From: a virus
DNA length: 64,000 nt
IMG/VR virus record: IMGVR_UViG_3300048839_000424
Location: 1 to 64,000 of that record
Strand: one strand, 5' to 3'
The notes below the pieces were generated by a model. That model was not told the origin of the DNA. It saw only the letters and a list, made by a program, of their open reading frames with translations, and did not search any database. Both the position numbers and the translations under genes were made by a program. Positions 10,301-20,121 of this stretch are shown here, in pieces; the first letter of the stretch is position 1, and each line of letters starts with the position of its first letter.

Positions 10301-12790
10301 GCAGCGGAGATGGCCACCCTGCCCGAGAATGACCCTAACAATATCTGGTTTTTGACTCAAGAGTTTGGTCTGAAGGAAATCCTTCCCAACCCAGGAGACC
10401 CAAGGTTACTTCTGAAGGCGACAAGTTCGAACACTTCCATTGGAGCCGAAGGTCTGGACTTGACCATTGGGTATGCTCGGATTGAGCCTTTTTTGACGAG
10501 ACGCCTTGCGATTGACGTGGATAGCACATTCCAGGTAGACAGCGGTGTGCTCGGTGCTGGAGATGCCGAGATTCTGGTCCGGGATGGGACAAAACAAGTT
10601 CTCCTCGCCTCTCTTTTATACAGAGAGCTAACAAAACGCGAGCTACTTTATCTAACTAACATTAGCCTTGCTGGTCTTTATGTTCCTACTAACCAAGGTT
10701 GGACAAAGACTGGAGCTATTAGTCAAGAGTTTGTCGATGGTAAGCGCATCAAGTTTGGACAGGAGCTTGGAGAGACGGTTGAGTTCACCTTCGACATCTA
10801 TGACAAGTTCGGATTCGTGGTAGACCCAGGGCGTATTTTCGAGGCTCGTTTCACCGTAGATTCGGTGACAACGACTGACCCCTTGGGGGACACGGGTATT
10901 TTCTTCGCTTCGGATGTAGGCCCGGAAGCATCGTCTCGCGGAGTTGGTGTAGAGCTTCGCACCGGAGGGGAAGTTTTTCTTTTCTCTCTAGCAACCGGAA
11001 CGGAGGTCGCATCTTTCAGCTTCGACTGGGAAGACCAAAAAGAACATGTCTACCGCATCGTGGCGGATGCCAATGCCGACTTAGTGTCTTTGGTCATTGA
11101 CCATACGCTGATCGGCTCGGCTCCATTGAGTTCCTTCGATTTTAGCTCGACAGCGTTCACCGCAACATTTGGATTCTCAAACCCACTGACCGAGTGTTTT
11201 GTGGTGATGTCTGATTTGTCCGTATCTGTCATGCCACCCCCTGATGCCAAGAGAACCTTGGGTGTTTGGTTGGGAGGGGATAAGTCCAACATCAATAACT
11301 GGGAGATCCCGCGTACTGACTCTCTGTCCGTACCAAACTCCGATCTTTCGGCGATAGTCGAAGTTATGGATTGGAGATCTCCAACACAGATTCGTATTCA
11401 CCGGGATCCTGAGTGGGGTGTTACGATCTTGCGACCAGATTTGCCACCACCTCCGTTCTTCACGGGCGACTTGTTTGCGAGTCAGATTACGGAACCGAGC
11501 GCGGGTTGGATTAATGTCGAATATCGTCATCTACCTCCTGTTGAGGACAAGGACATGTTCGGATTTGTGTCTTTTGGTGCTTTGGAGGCGGCGTCGATTA
11601 CTCAGCAAAGGTGGGAGGATGTTCGATACCGTATTTACGAGTATGCTTCGGAGAACATCATTGCTCCGCACCACATGCTTTTCAATCAGTACAATGTGAT
11701 CACTTCAGGTGAGCTAAATAAGGACATCACGGTTGAGACAGCGGTTGTGCTTTCTCGGAATAGCTCGACGATTGTGCTTTCGGATTCTGCGATGTACGCA
11801 GACCAAGTGTTCAATATCTCCTATGTCAACAAAGCGGGGAACACGGTTTTTTACTACCCTCCAGCGATTGAGTTCGACAAAGAGACTCAGACCATCACTA
11901 TCGTAGCACAGAACAATTTGGCGTTCCAGCCAAGTCAGGACTTGAACGACGTGGAGGAAGAGGGTGTTATCAATCAATCGTTGAACGATGATAACTGGCC
12001 TTTCGACAACATTGGAGAGGTGTTCCAGCCTGATGATGACCTGGAGTACAGTACGAACCCAAACCCTCCTTTCCTACCGGACCCTGTTATAGTCCCTGTC
12101 ACCATCAACTTCGCCCCTGGGAAGCCGTTGACCTTGACGTATCTTTGCTCACAACCTTTGTTGGATGGAACGACCTTGTTGAATGAGGGGACTCCGATTT
12201 ACACCAAGAGCTTGATTGGTTCATTTGACCGAGACGTGGCCTTCGGTTCTCAGGTGAACGACCCCTATGATTTATTGAACACGGACCCGGATTTTATTCT
12301 CAACGATCCCTTCCGGTATGTGGAGTTCACCAAGGCCAAGCCTAGTGAATATGAGGATATTGAGTTCTGTGAGGTCTCCGAGGGAGACTCCTGTCTCCTG
12401 TCGATTTTCTGCGACAACAATGTTCCAGGGGCTTCTTCATCTCCAGCGAATGGTGGGGCTTCGCAGCCTGGAGACATTGGAAACGGCTTGATTGGCTTGG
12501 ATTTGTCCGGTTTGGCGTTCACGGAGATTGAGACCATCACATTCTCCGATGGACCCACGGGACCATTTAATGCCCCCCTATCTTCCGTGTTTCTGAAGAA
12601 CAGTGGTGGGGATGCGGATCCGGGTGGGTATCTTCAGGATGCGATTTTATTCACGGGAATCGGCTCGGGGACGCCTAATCCGATGGGGTCTGACGGTAAT
12701 GTAGGATGGTCAGTTTTTGGAGTGCTGTACGACACTACAACCAATACCTCCACGGTACTCTACTTCGGGACCGAAGCCCCTGCTCCGTAA
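7313..12790 (+). CDS. Giant virion structural protein with N-terminal GYG repeats and Ig-like domains
   Basis: 1825-aa ORF in the structural cluster; YG-rich repeats in aa 1-75, then PRIVNA..IELFFSEEM..NPGSYTL (Ig-like). Confidence 0.6.
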   Translation: MSSGYGNDPFGFGPYGSVEGVIVTPPNPPGLGYGGAEYGYGSYGSIAFPMPTPPISGGYGGCPYGLSSYGCIGSSPPRIVNAISLNGFQIELFFSEEMLIDADLTNPGSYTLNSILGAAAATVLSVDLGVMGTFGPTSVILNHTGTTLGGVYEIVAVGPKAADGGGNVEWDAPFNRTTVLCKGEPPAFTVTPISGTELLYQFDQDMLPESGFSPGIEDLNAYVFESTYPIPIIPQAVTFPYNLNNTQVKLDVIGMTSATYNAIVGPAEAIIYDATYLPTQSTEFQVQEIGSGTVTVGSQGLLVSKNLGDTYALRFADLSGKILPNSSFRCDVSFDVSASGTISPALGDTQFLSILVSDGAIGATLTLLRIMGVDFIEISSGGYFVSTMANWSSGPTTVSLVRNQKADTYTVVVNGEPIVSALTGSYTGFPGIPSGVQVTFDPVGLYQLTGFPFQGIRFTSTQTVFSAAWNFLHQWGSSFVGSSALTKNFLLTQKGPLVKGWGDATPATKEDVSVKINGVEVEIDSVNPYYGKIFLTIPIPLMPPGFLPDIDVDYIWFYNPVFVMEGLNTLGLVFNKYNPLPLCPLENSTDAPPYVEGGFESTEFSRFPYGLALNSLPIRQPLLRSPRFVGFQKSYTAALNSPTTLLLNRNNVQVALPDQERSPEGETVFYDATEDPTLSTPAWIQVGGGVGLEDTIPEDSIFANETFLLAKDEAGSFGTGVPYFFYRDVDFSFPSSFVYVVRFQVTDDIVLQPHGVFTGVGFGVHTNNHLYLVGCLLVNGVQHVGILVDPAHPEELDSWKLAYGVGMTILSATDVLVKTSDLPVSLQQQTTDCDADTQFQITFGSQAGVFKVIGIRNFADGTTRLTLDPSTPFPGDFTVFGGNYITGYFETRWDGNGEDNNSTTYRLIVQNDIKLVPKGKAELFIGGSLSGKGLVLEGAPPFAIPPDGILQYPTGEEGEVFWGSLDRQATNASRWNFVRYALQTGQTTINFRGIVAAAEMATLPENDPNNIWFLTQEFGLKEILPNPGDPRLLLKATSSNTSIGAEGLDLTIGYARIEPFLTRRLAIDVDSTFQVDSGVLGAGDAEILVRDGTKQVLLASLLYRELTKRELLYLTNISLAGLYVPTNQGWTKTGAISQEFVDGKRIKFGQELGETVEFTFDIYDKFGFVVDPGRIFEARFTVDSVTTTDPLGDTGIFFASDVGPEASSRGVGVELRTGGEVFLFSLATGTEVASFSFDWEDQKEHVYRIVADANADLVSLVIDHTLIGSAPLSSFDFSSTAFTATFGFSNPLTECFVVMSDLSVSVMPPPDAKRTLGVWLGGDKSNINNWEIPRTDSLSVPNSDLSAIVEVMDWRSPTQIRIHRDPEWGVTILRPDLPPPPFFTGDLFASQITEPSAGWINVEYRHLPPVEDKDMFGFVSFGALEAASITQQRWEDVRYRIYEYASENIIAPHHMLFNQYNVITSGELNKDITVETAVVLSRNSSTIVLSDSAMYADQVFNISYVNKAGNTVFYYPPAIEFDKETQTITIVAQNNLAFQPSQDLNDVEEEGVINQSLNDDNWPFDNIGEVFQPDDDLEYSTNPNPPFLPDPVIVPVTINFAPGKPLTLTYLCSQPLLDGTTLLNEGTPIYTKSLIGSFDRDVAFGSQVNDPYDLLNTDPDFILNDPFRYVEFTKAKPSEYEDIEFCEVSEGDSCLLSIFCDNNVPGASSSPANGGASQPGDIGNGLIGLDLSGLAFTEIETITFSDGPTGPFNAPLSSVFLKNSGGDADPGGYLQDAILFTGIGSGTPNPMGSDGNVGWSVFGVLYDTTTNTSTVLYFGTEAPAP

Positions 12791-12836
12791 ATCGTTTATC
12801 CCTCTATCAGAAGGAATTTGAGAGAGATCTAGTTCT

Positions 12837-13490
12837 ATGGCTATCATCAGAGAATATGTGAATAAAATCCGCTCTGGATTTAAAATGGGGGTAGGTGCAA
12901 CATATGCGGAACCTCAAACTAACTATATTGTTCGTGGTGATGTTATTTTTGACATGCGTGATGCTCGAACGGGCGAACTTCAACTCTACAAAGAGAAAAA
13001 GAACGTCGTAGCATTAGACGCGGGACTACTGGTAGCTCGACTTCTTCGTAATCCATTGGAGCCAAAGAACGGCATCAACATGCTTGCGGTGGGCACTGGA
13101 GCATTGGGTCCGGTGTTAGCTCCAAACCCCCCAAGTCAGGAACAGAGACGCCTGAATGAAGAGATTTTTCGTAAGACGTTTGCGGACGTGCCTTTCCGCG
13201 ATGCCAACGGTGCGGCATCTGCGATCCCAACGAGAGTGTTAGACTTCACGACTGTTTTTGGAGAGAGTGAGGCGGTTGGTCCTCTCAATGAGATGGGGTT
13301 GGTATCCACGATCTCCAACAACAATGCGGTCAAAACCCTCAGCCCTAACTTTGCAGGCCAAGGTGGTCAACCTTATGACCCTACCATTGATGTTACCAAT
13401 TACGATACACTCGTGAACTATCTTACCTTTGGTGTGATCACCAAGCCTGCAACTTCCATTTTGACGATCACCTGGCGTTTGAGCTTCTGA
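12837..13490 (+). CDS. Tail-collar / baseplate fibre-attachment protein (DUF3751-like)
   Basis: 217 aa; KNVV..AG, MLAVGTG, LNEEIFRK, TTVFGESEAVGPLNEMGL and ITKP..LTITWRLSF pattern. Confidence 0.65.
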   Translation: MAIIREYVNKIRSGFKMGVGATYAEPQTNYIVRGDVIFDMRDARTGELQLYKEKKNVVALDAGLLVARLLRNPLEPKNGINMLAVGTGALGPVLAPNPPSQEQRRLNEEIFRKTFADVPFRDANGAASAIPTRVLDFTTVFGESEAVGPLNEMGLVSTISNNNAVKTLSPNFAGQGGQPYDPTIDVTNYDTLVNYLTFGVITKPATSILTITWRLSF

Positions 13491-16400
13491 TGTCACGCAA
13501 CAAGTATTTCCCTGGGACTCTTGTCAGCCGGTACCTCAATCCCGATGGGACTGGGTACTCGAATGTTGTCTATCAAAAGGGCAAGCTGGTACTAGATTCC
13601 GAGCTACTGCTCAATCAGTCCCTTCAGGATTTACAGAGAGATCGTTTTCTTGCTCGTCAGATTCCTTCTGGATTCATCCGAGGTCAGGCTCGCGGGGACA
13701 GCTACAATGACTTCAGCTTTGATCAACCTTGGCTTCCCGGCCCGGTGTTGAACCCGAGCTTTACTCCCAACTCCTTCCACATGCGGAAGATTCAGGCCCT
13801 CGTAGCCGGACTTCTCGTGGACGTGGACTACACAAATACGAACACCCCTGGGGATAACCTCATCCTTCTCAATGCGCCTACGGTGTATGACGGAACCCCG
13901 TTGACGGCAAAAAGAACCGATTTCGTGTTCCTTGAAGTGTGGTTGTCCCTGATTTCCGCATCCCCTCGTTCCAAGGGGACATTTCTGGTCAAAGACCCGG
14001 TGACAGCAACCGCTGGCATCGTCATCAACGTCGATGGTGTCGCTTTGACGGGTGTTTTAATCCCACCCGGTCCTAACCAGTTCCAGATTTTCCCCGCAAG
14101 TGCTTCCAGTACGGCGAGTTCCTTGGCTACGGCTATCAACACGTTCGTTCCAACCGTGACGGCAAATCCCGTAGGGAACATCGTGCAAATGACGGCTGTG
14201 ACTCCCGGTGTCATCGGGAATACTATCCTGATCTCCTCGACGCAACCAGCGGCTATCGTCAGATCTAACGCCACCTTGTCGGGAGGATTGGACACACCGA
14301 ACAAACCAACCCAGGATTCCGTCTATCGCAACGGAAACGTGTTGAGTTCATCTTCGGTTGCGCTACCGGATGACATTGAAGACCCTGACGTTGGCGTAGA
14401 AACTACAAAGCGGATTCAAGTTCAGTATCGGATTCGTACTACGACTTCGATAACAAATCTGAACTTTAAGACAGAGGCGGACGGGTTTTCCAACATCAAC
14501 ATTCTTGCTCAAGGGCCGAACACAACTCCGATTGTGAACTACCCCTTTGTTCCAGCCGACCTTTCCAGTTTCCGCTTGAATTCAGACGCAAGGGAGAACA
14601 CAGGATATGGGCTACTCGACAACGGGCTTTATATTGCGGGTAATGGGAGTTCGACTTCAGCTAGCGATCTCAACACTCTGGACGGGTTTATTTACGCGAT
14701 TCCGATAGGGTTCGTGTTCCGTCGCAATGACGCTTATAATGGTGGCGCAGGAACCGGCTTTGACCCGGAGAACAACACCAATGGAGGACTGACCTACAAT
14801 CACGGTCCTTTTGCGAACCCTTACGTCTATGGTCTAGTCAACCCTGGGTTTTCAGACAGACCGGATGGAGCTTTTGCAGACGCCATCAATGAGAACGATA
14901 TTTTGGATCTTCGACGCACGGTGAAACCCAACGGGGTGGATCTAGCGGCGGAGCTTCAGTATCAGATTCAGGCCCTCCAGGACGGTAACTACCGAACATG
15001 GGCGATTGACACCGCTTCCAAGCAACAGTTGGGGAACGGCTCAGGAGATGTGTCTCCTCGAAACCTCGTGTGCAACGAAGTCGGACGCCTTGCAGCACAA
15101 GGAGGAAACCCACCACTTTCGGGAACTACAACCCGTGGTGGAACGGTTCGAAACTTCGACCACTTCGCGCGTCGCTTTGGAGATCAGCCGGTAGTTGAGC
15201 GAGTTGTTCTGGAGTTCCGACCAACGGATACTATTGGAGCCAACCCTGGCAAGTATGTCAGCCGCCCTCTCTATGCTCTGGGGTTCAACGGTTGGGCAGA
15301 GGGGGACACACTGACCCTGGATCTCTCAAATCTGAATGTGACCACCATTGGAGACTTCGATCCCGCTGGGGCTACGGTTCCAGTTGGATACTTCGACTTC
15401 TATGCTCCACCGGGAACAATCATTACGGATGTGTTGAGCGCCTACCACGATGACGGGAATTTCAATGCCGCCGTGGACCAGAAGGTACAAATCGCTACCG
15501 TAGTTGGTATTGGTACTACGGTCTTGCAGGTTGGTTTGGATGTCAATCCAAACCAGGTTACTGGTGGATTGCCTTTGCCAGCGCATGATATGGTAGGAAC
15601 GTCGGGTACGGGAGATGTTGGTTCTACACGTAGAATCTTCTTGGAGGTCGAGGTTACGTACCCACTTGGAGAGGGTTTGACGGATACTCCTGATTGGGAG
15701 ATCGAGCCCGATGCTGCACCCTATCCATATGGCCCTATGTTGGAGAATGACGTGCCTTTTGGTAGTTCCCAAAGACCTACGGACATGGAACGTCCTTTGG
15801 CTCCTTCCTTCCGACAGGGGTTCCGAGAGGTGATGACCGAGTATGTCGCCAACGACCCCACGGGCGGTGGAAACCCTGGAGTTCCGATTGGCACCTTGAC
15901 CCCAGAGACGGTGGTTTCGATTGACCCTTTGACGGTGAGAGCACCCCGTCGAGTTTACGGGGACATGTCTACTACGGTGGCGATCACGGACCTGAACGAT
16001 GCGTTGCCTCGTTCTACGGATGACCCTAATACGGACTACGGGGCTTCGACACGGATTGTTCGGTTGGAGAACACTGGTATTGCCCCAGCGGTTCCTCTTT
16101 CTGGAGCGGGACAGACCTTGGTGAATATCCAGTATTTCGCACAGGATGCGATTCCTAACTATGGAGCACCGGGTTTGGGGTATCAACAGTCGTTCTATTT
16201 CCGAACCAATGCACCGCAAACGGCGGGGGTTAAGGAGGGAACGATATCCGTGCCAGGAAACGCTGTGTTCCCATACACCGGGACGGACCCACTTCCAACA
16301 CCATTGTTGGTGGAGCCTTTGTACGTGAGTGAGCAAGTATGGACGGGTCAAGTTGGGATGGGCAGTGTTGAGCTTCCGTTCCCTTACTTCGCACCCCTAG

Positions 16401-16903
16401 ACCAGATTCCTGTCAATGACGGAAGAACGGAGATTCCTCCAGCGCCTACGACTTTCCCAGGGGAATGGTACTTTGCTGCAACAGCGAATGTGTCTATTGC
16501 GGACTTCGACGCACAGGTGGGCACCTTGGCGTTGCAACAGTTGGTACCAGCGGACGGCTCGACCCTTTGGAACATCGGAGGGGTGTTGACCACGGAGGTG
16601 CCTTTCAAAGATACGGAGTTCCGAGTTGTGTTCCCCTTCATCAACCGCGATGATGCTCGACCTACGGCGATGGCACAACCGATGTCGAACGTGATTCGTC
16701 ATAAGGTTTTTGTACCTTGCCTTGTTCGAGCTTTGCAGGACTCGGCTTTGTTCCGAAAGGATGAGGTCTTGCTGGTTGTTCTGACTCGATGGGGTGAGTT
16801 GGATGATGAGAATGTCATCAAATTCACAGACTCGGGCAATCACTCAGGAGCAGCGGTGTTCCGAACCAAGAATCTACTACTAATCGCAGGAAACCGGGAG
16901 TAA
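13490..16903 (+). CDS. Large baseplate/tail-associated protein (DUF4815/DUF6519-like N-terminus), paralogue 1
   Basis: 1137 aa; NVVYQKGKLVLDSE, RTDFVFLEVW, TTKRIQVQYRIR, YAIPIGFVFRRN and RPDGAFAD..DILDLRR are shared with 24299..29974; start overlaps the previous stop. Confidence 0.65.
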   Translation: MSRNKYFPGTLVSRYLNPDGTGYSNVVYQKGKLVLDSELLLNQSLQDLQRDRFLARQIPSGFIRGQARGDSYNDFSFDQPWLPGPVLNPSFTPNSFHMRKIQALVAGLLVDVDYTNTNTPGDNLILLNAPTVYDGTPLTAKRTDFVFLEVWLSLISASPRSKGTFLVKDPVTATAGIVINVDGVALTGVLIPPGPNQFQIFPASASSTASSLATAINTFVPTVTANPVGNIVQMTAVTPGVIGNTILISSTQPAAIVRSNATLSGGLDTPNKPTQDSVYRNGNVLSSSSVALPDDIEDPDVGVETTKRIQVQYRIRTTTSITNLNFKTEADGFSNINILAQGPNTTPIVNYPFVPADLSSFRLNSDARENTGYGLLDNGLYIAGNGSSTSASDLNTLDGFIYAIPIGFVFRRNDAYNGGAGTGFDPENNTNGGLTYNHGPFANPYVYGLVNPGFSDRPDGAFADAINENDILDLRRTVKPNGVDLAAELQYQIQALQDGNYRTWAIDTASKQQLGNGSGDVSPRNLVCNEVGRLAAQGGNPPLSGTTTRGGTVRNFDHFARRFGDQPVVERVVLEFRPTDTIGANPGKYVSRPLYALGFNGWAEGDTLTLDLSNLNVTTIGDFDPAGATVPVGYFDFYAPPGTIITDVLSAYHDDGNFNAAVDQKVQIATVVGIGTTVLQVGLDVNPNQVTGGLPLPAHDMVGTSGTGDVGSTRRIFLEVEVTYPLGEGLTDTPDWEIEPDAAPYPYGPMLENDVPFGSSQRPTDMERPLAPSFRQGFREVMTEYVANDPTGGGNPGVPIGTLTPETVVSIDPLTVRAPRRVYGDMSTTVAITDLNDALPRSTDDPNTDYGASTRIVRLENTGIAPAVPLSGAGQTLVNIQYFAQDAIPNYGAPGLGYQQSFYFRTNAPQTAGVKEGTISVPGNAVFPYTGTDPLPTPLLVEPLYVSEQVWTGQVGMGSVELPFPYFAPLDQIPVNDGRTEIPPAPTTFPGEWYFAATANVSIADFDAQVGTLALQQLVPADGSTLWNIGGVLTTEVPFKDTEFRVVFPFINRDDARPTAMAQPMSNVIRHKVFVPCLVRALQDSALFRKDEVLLVVLTRWGELDDENVIKFTDSGNHSGAAVFRTKNLLLIAGNRE

Positions 16904-16907
16904 ACGT

Positions 16908-19900
16908 ATGCCAAGAAAAATCAACCCCGGCATCATCAAGAACGGGTCAGGACTTGCAAATGTGGATAGCGTAGACGCCAGTGCGTTTACGGATTCCCTT
17001 GTATTGGGCCAACAAAGCGTCACCAAGGCGATTGCAGAGGGCGACCAAAAACTCGGGAATGCCTACCAGATTACGACGACGGGTACGTTCGGTCAGTACT
17101 TCACCCAGACCGTTCAAGGGAATCTTGACGAAATTGCCGCCCTCATCCCTCAAAAACCTCCCGCATTGGGGGAGTATTCCAACATCTTGAATTTCTCGGG
17201 TATTCCTGATTGGGGGTATCTGAAACTCAACGACGCAGGGTTGATTGCTCGGGGGTTGGTAATTCCTCCCGATGTAACGAACCCGAACTCGGATCGTGAT
17301 ATCTATCCGTACTACTGGGTTCCCCCAGAGGTTGCGGATGACGACAACGGGACAAATCCGCTGCCATTCGTCCCCCAAGGAAATGATCCAGCAACGGACC
17401 CAGTGTTCAATGTCGCAGACGTATTTTACAGCGGAGGTGGGCCTGGGATTGCTCATGCTGGTGGATTCACTCGCTTTGGAGCGGTGATCGAGACGGCTCG
17501 TGTTATCCCTCCAACTTCGTTCCCCAATGTTGTCATTTCAGGGGCTCTGTTCCCAGCGGATAGAGGTGTATTAGCTTTGATTCACTGGCCACCCGGAGCG
17601 GATAGGGCAGGCTTCCTCCTTCAAGCCATCGATCAACGATGCCCCGCAGCGATCTTGCTCGGACAGGGCATCAATGGTGCATCCCCTGATTCTTGTGGTG
17701 GAGGTGCTGGGGGTATTTTCTCCGAGGGGGATATATATGAGTTCCCAGGGCGTGCGACCGGGCAGTTGGATTTGGTAGAAATTCACTCGGGATTTAACTT
17801 CCAGACGGGATCTCCGTTACCAGCCGGACCATTACCAGCAGCAGGTAAGGTGAGACTCGGTACAGATCCAAGTGCTGGTCCTGTGGTTCCAGGAGGTATT
17901 CCTATCTTGGGTGGTACGTCGATTGCGGATGGTGGTGGAGATGACAATAACTTCTTCAGGTACCGACTTCCTTACTTAGAGGACTACTCAACCACAACAG
18001 GAATTAAGTACACCCCAACGGTGGAAAAACCTCGTTATTTCACGAAGCCTGTCATTTCATTGGACCCCCTTGTAGATCTGACACAGGCAGGTAACTACGA
18101 CAACTTCGGGACGGACTATTGGACCTACCAAGTCGCTCGATACCGTCATCGCTTTGAGTTCATCACCGCATGTGGATGTCCACCGGGCGTTCTTGTGGAT
18201 GACGGAACGTACATTTTACTGCATTTCAAGTCCGAGAGAAACTTCGAGGCTTTCGTCCGAGACGGTATCTTCCCTGATGACCCTACAGACGGGTATGAGC
18301 TTTGGGGAGCCGGGTTGGTGGACTATGCAAACCCAGAGAGCCCTGACAATTTGACCCAGGGCGGTCTCCCAGCGGATTTAGACATCCCCGCTTCTACAGC
18401 GTACCACACGATTCGAAGCGCAGTCGCACAGGACTTGGACATCGTAGACCTGAGCGCGGTCGATGCTACTTACAACTTCACAAACACTGTAGACAGCGTA
18501 ATGTCCGTATCCGGTGTCCAATACTTCGTCAGCAACAATACGGCTCCAGGAGATGGATTCCAGATCAATGATGTGAACCTATTGGTAGATCGAATCTATC
18601 GAAACAGCTATCTATTGGGTCAGTCCTCGGTAGCCTCGGATATCACCCCCGGTCTTCGACATCGCCAACCGTTGTTCATGTACGTCGGTGGGTTCACCTC
18701 GACGAATCTCATGAATCTTCCAGGGATCCCAACCTTTGCTGGTGTTCCTTTGCCACAGAGAATTGAGTTCAACTATGTGGAGATCGGAAACCCAAGCGGA
18801 CCTTACAGCTTGGTTGCAGGTCCAGCCGTGGGCGACCAGGCTTCGCTAGTTCTGACCCCTGTAGATCCACCTCTGTTCTTCTTCGGTGATGATATCACTT
18901 GTCACTTCTGGAAAGATGCTCGGGTACGAGCTTTCGGACGACGACCCAAGGACCATGAGACGATCGCTGGTTCCGCCATCGAAATGCTGTTTGACCGACC
19001 CGGTGGAGACCGATTACTCTTTCACACGACCTCACAAGGACCGAACTATGTGAGCTTGGGTGAATATGGGAACTTCACCGTAGCCCCTAACAACTTCCCG
19101 CGTGCTGGGTTGGAAACGGCTCGGAAAGACACGGAGGAGCTTTTCCTCGATGAAGTTTACCGATGGTTCATTGAAGGCATCCCTCTTGCCGAAGGCCCAT
19201 TCGACGGAATACGAGGTAATATCACCGGACCCGGCTTGCCTTTCGTGACCGGGAAGATCGAAGTCCCTGTTCGAGTGGGATCGAGTAACCCCGTGACCTT
19301 TGGTCAAGCGAGCTTCTTGCAACAAAACAAGCATTTAGTGGATCTTGCCACCGATTTAACCGTGAACCGTGAACTTCAAGTAGGGGGTTTCCCCGACAAG
19401 AACCCACCCTTGTCAGAGGGCGTGACCGGACCTGTTCCACAGACGGGTCTCCTGCAATATCCTAAGCTGAATTTTACGACCGGATACCGTCCAAGTTTCC
19501 TTGCGGGAGATATTACGAATCCTCAGTTTGATTACACGACAGCAACGGGTGACAGGAGCTACGTTCGAGTTTTTGACGTAGGCTTCAAGAATGCGGCACC
19601 TGAAGATCAAACCCCTGAAGCTGAAGGACAACCCTTCACCAAGCTGTTTATTCGAGGGTTGACGCTTGGGGACATCGTGTACTTCCCCGGTCTTGGACCT
19701 GGAAATGCGGCTATCTCGATTGAGGTAAAAGTCCCAGGGTTGACTTCGTGGATGGACATAGGTCGTCGAGATGGAGACGGTCCAAGCAAGCAAGATCCTT
19801 GGATGGATGGCGCGGGTTGTCAGGTTGTCGGAGCGGAAACTTTCGATGCAGTCAATCCGACTACTGGGGAACTCGGTTGCCAAGTGAAAATCAATGTTGG

Positions 19901-20117
19901 CCCCGTGGCGACGTTCTTCAAGAACCTAGACCCTTCGATTGAGCAAGACATCATTCCTTTGATGGTCAAGGTGACTATTAAAGACACCCCTGAAGGTCGA
20001 GCTTTGGATTGGACACAGGGGACTGTGAACACTCAAACCTCTGGATGCCGAGGGCTCGTTGCTATCGGTATTGTTCCCAAGAACGGGTCAGTTCTAAACC
20101 CAATTCCTATCGCGTGA
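16908..20117 (+). CDS. Large virion structural protein, unknown function
   Basis: 1069 aa, P/G-rich, GGGAG RBS; TVQGNLDEIA resembles the NVQDAIDEI fibre motif; lies inside the structural operon. Confidence 0.55.
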   Translation: MPRKINPGIIKNGSGLANVDSVDASAFTDSLVLGQQSVTKAIAEGDQKLGNAYQITTTGTFGQYFTQTVQGNLDEIAALIPQKPPALGEYSNILNFSGIPDWGYLKLNDAGLIARGLVIPPDVTNPNSDRDIYPYYWVPPEVADDDNGTNPLPFVPQGNDPATDPVFNVADVFYSGGGPGIAHAGGFTRFGAVIETARVIPPTSFPNVVISGALFPADRGVLALIHWPPGADRAGFLLQAIDQRCPAAILLGQGINGASPDSCGGGAGGIFSEGDIYEFPGRATGQLDLVEIHSGFNFQTGSPLPAGPLPAAGKVRLGTDPSAGPVVPGGIPILGGTSIADGGGDDNNFFRYRLPYLEDYSTTTGIKYTPTVEKPRYFTKPVISLDPLVDLTQAGNYDNFGTDYWTYQVARYRHRFEFITACGCPPGVLVDDGTYILLHFKSERNFEAFVRDGIFPDDPTDGYELWGAGLVDYANPESPDNLTQGGLPADLDIPASTAYHTIRSAVAQDLDIVDLSAVDATYNFTNTVDSVMSVSGVQYFVSNNTAPGDGFQINDVNLLVDRIYRNSYLLGQSSVASDITPGLRHRQPLFMYVGGFTSTNLMNLPGIPTFAGVPLPQRIEFNYVEIGNPSGPYSLVAGPAVGDQASLVLTPVDPPLFFFGDDITCHFWKDARVRAFGRRPKDHETIAGSAIEMLFDRPGGDRLLFHTTSQGPNYVSLGEYGNFTVAPNNFPRAGLETARKDTEELFLDEVYRWFIEGIPLAEGPFDGIRGNITGPGLPFVTGKIEVPVRVGSSNPVTFGQASFLQQNKHLVDLATDLTVNRELQVGGFPDKNPPLSEGVTGPVPQTGLLQYPKLNFTTGYRPSFLAGDITNPQFDYTTATGDRSYVRVFDVGFKNAAPEDQTPEAEGQPFTKLFIRGLTLGDIVYFPGLGPGNAAISIEVKVPGLTSWMDIGRRDGDGPSKQDPWMDGAGCQVVGAETFDAVNPTTGELGCQVKINVGPVATFFKNLDPSIEQDIIPLMVKVTIKDTPEGRALDWTQGTVNTQTSGCRGLVAIGIVPKNGSVLNPIPIA

Positions 20118-20121
20118 TATC

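Noticed and set aside
15326-16351. Long minus-strand ORFs (341 aa here, 308 aa at 26306-27232, 232 aa at 6281-6979, 228 aa at 42540-43226)
   Set aside because: They are antisense shadows of well-supported + strand genes with no recognisable motifs.
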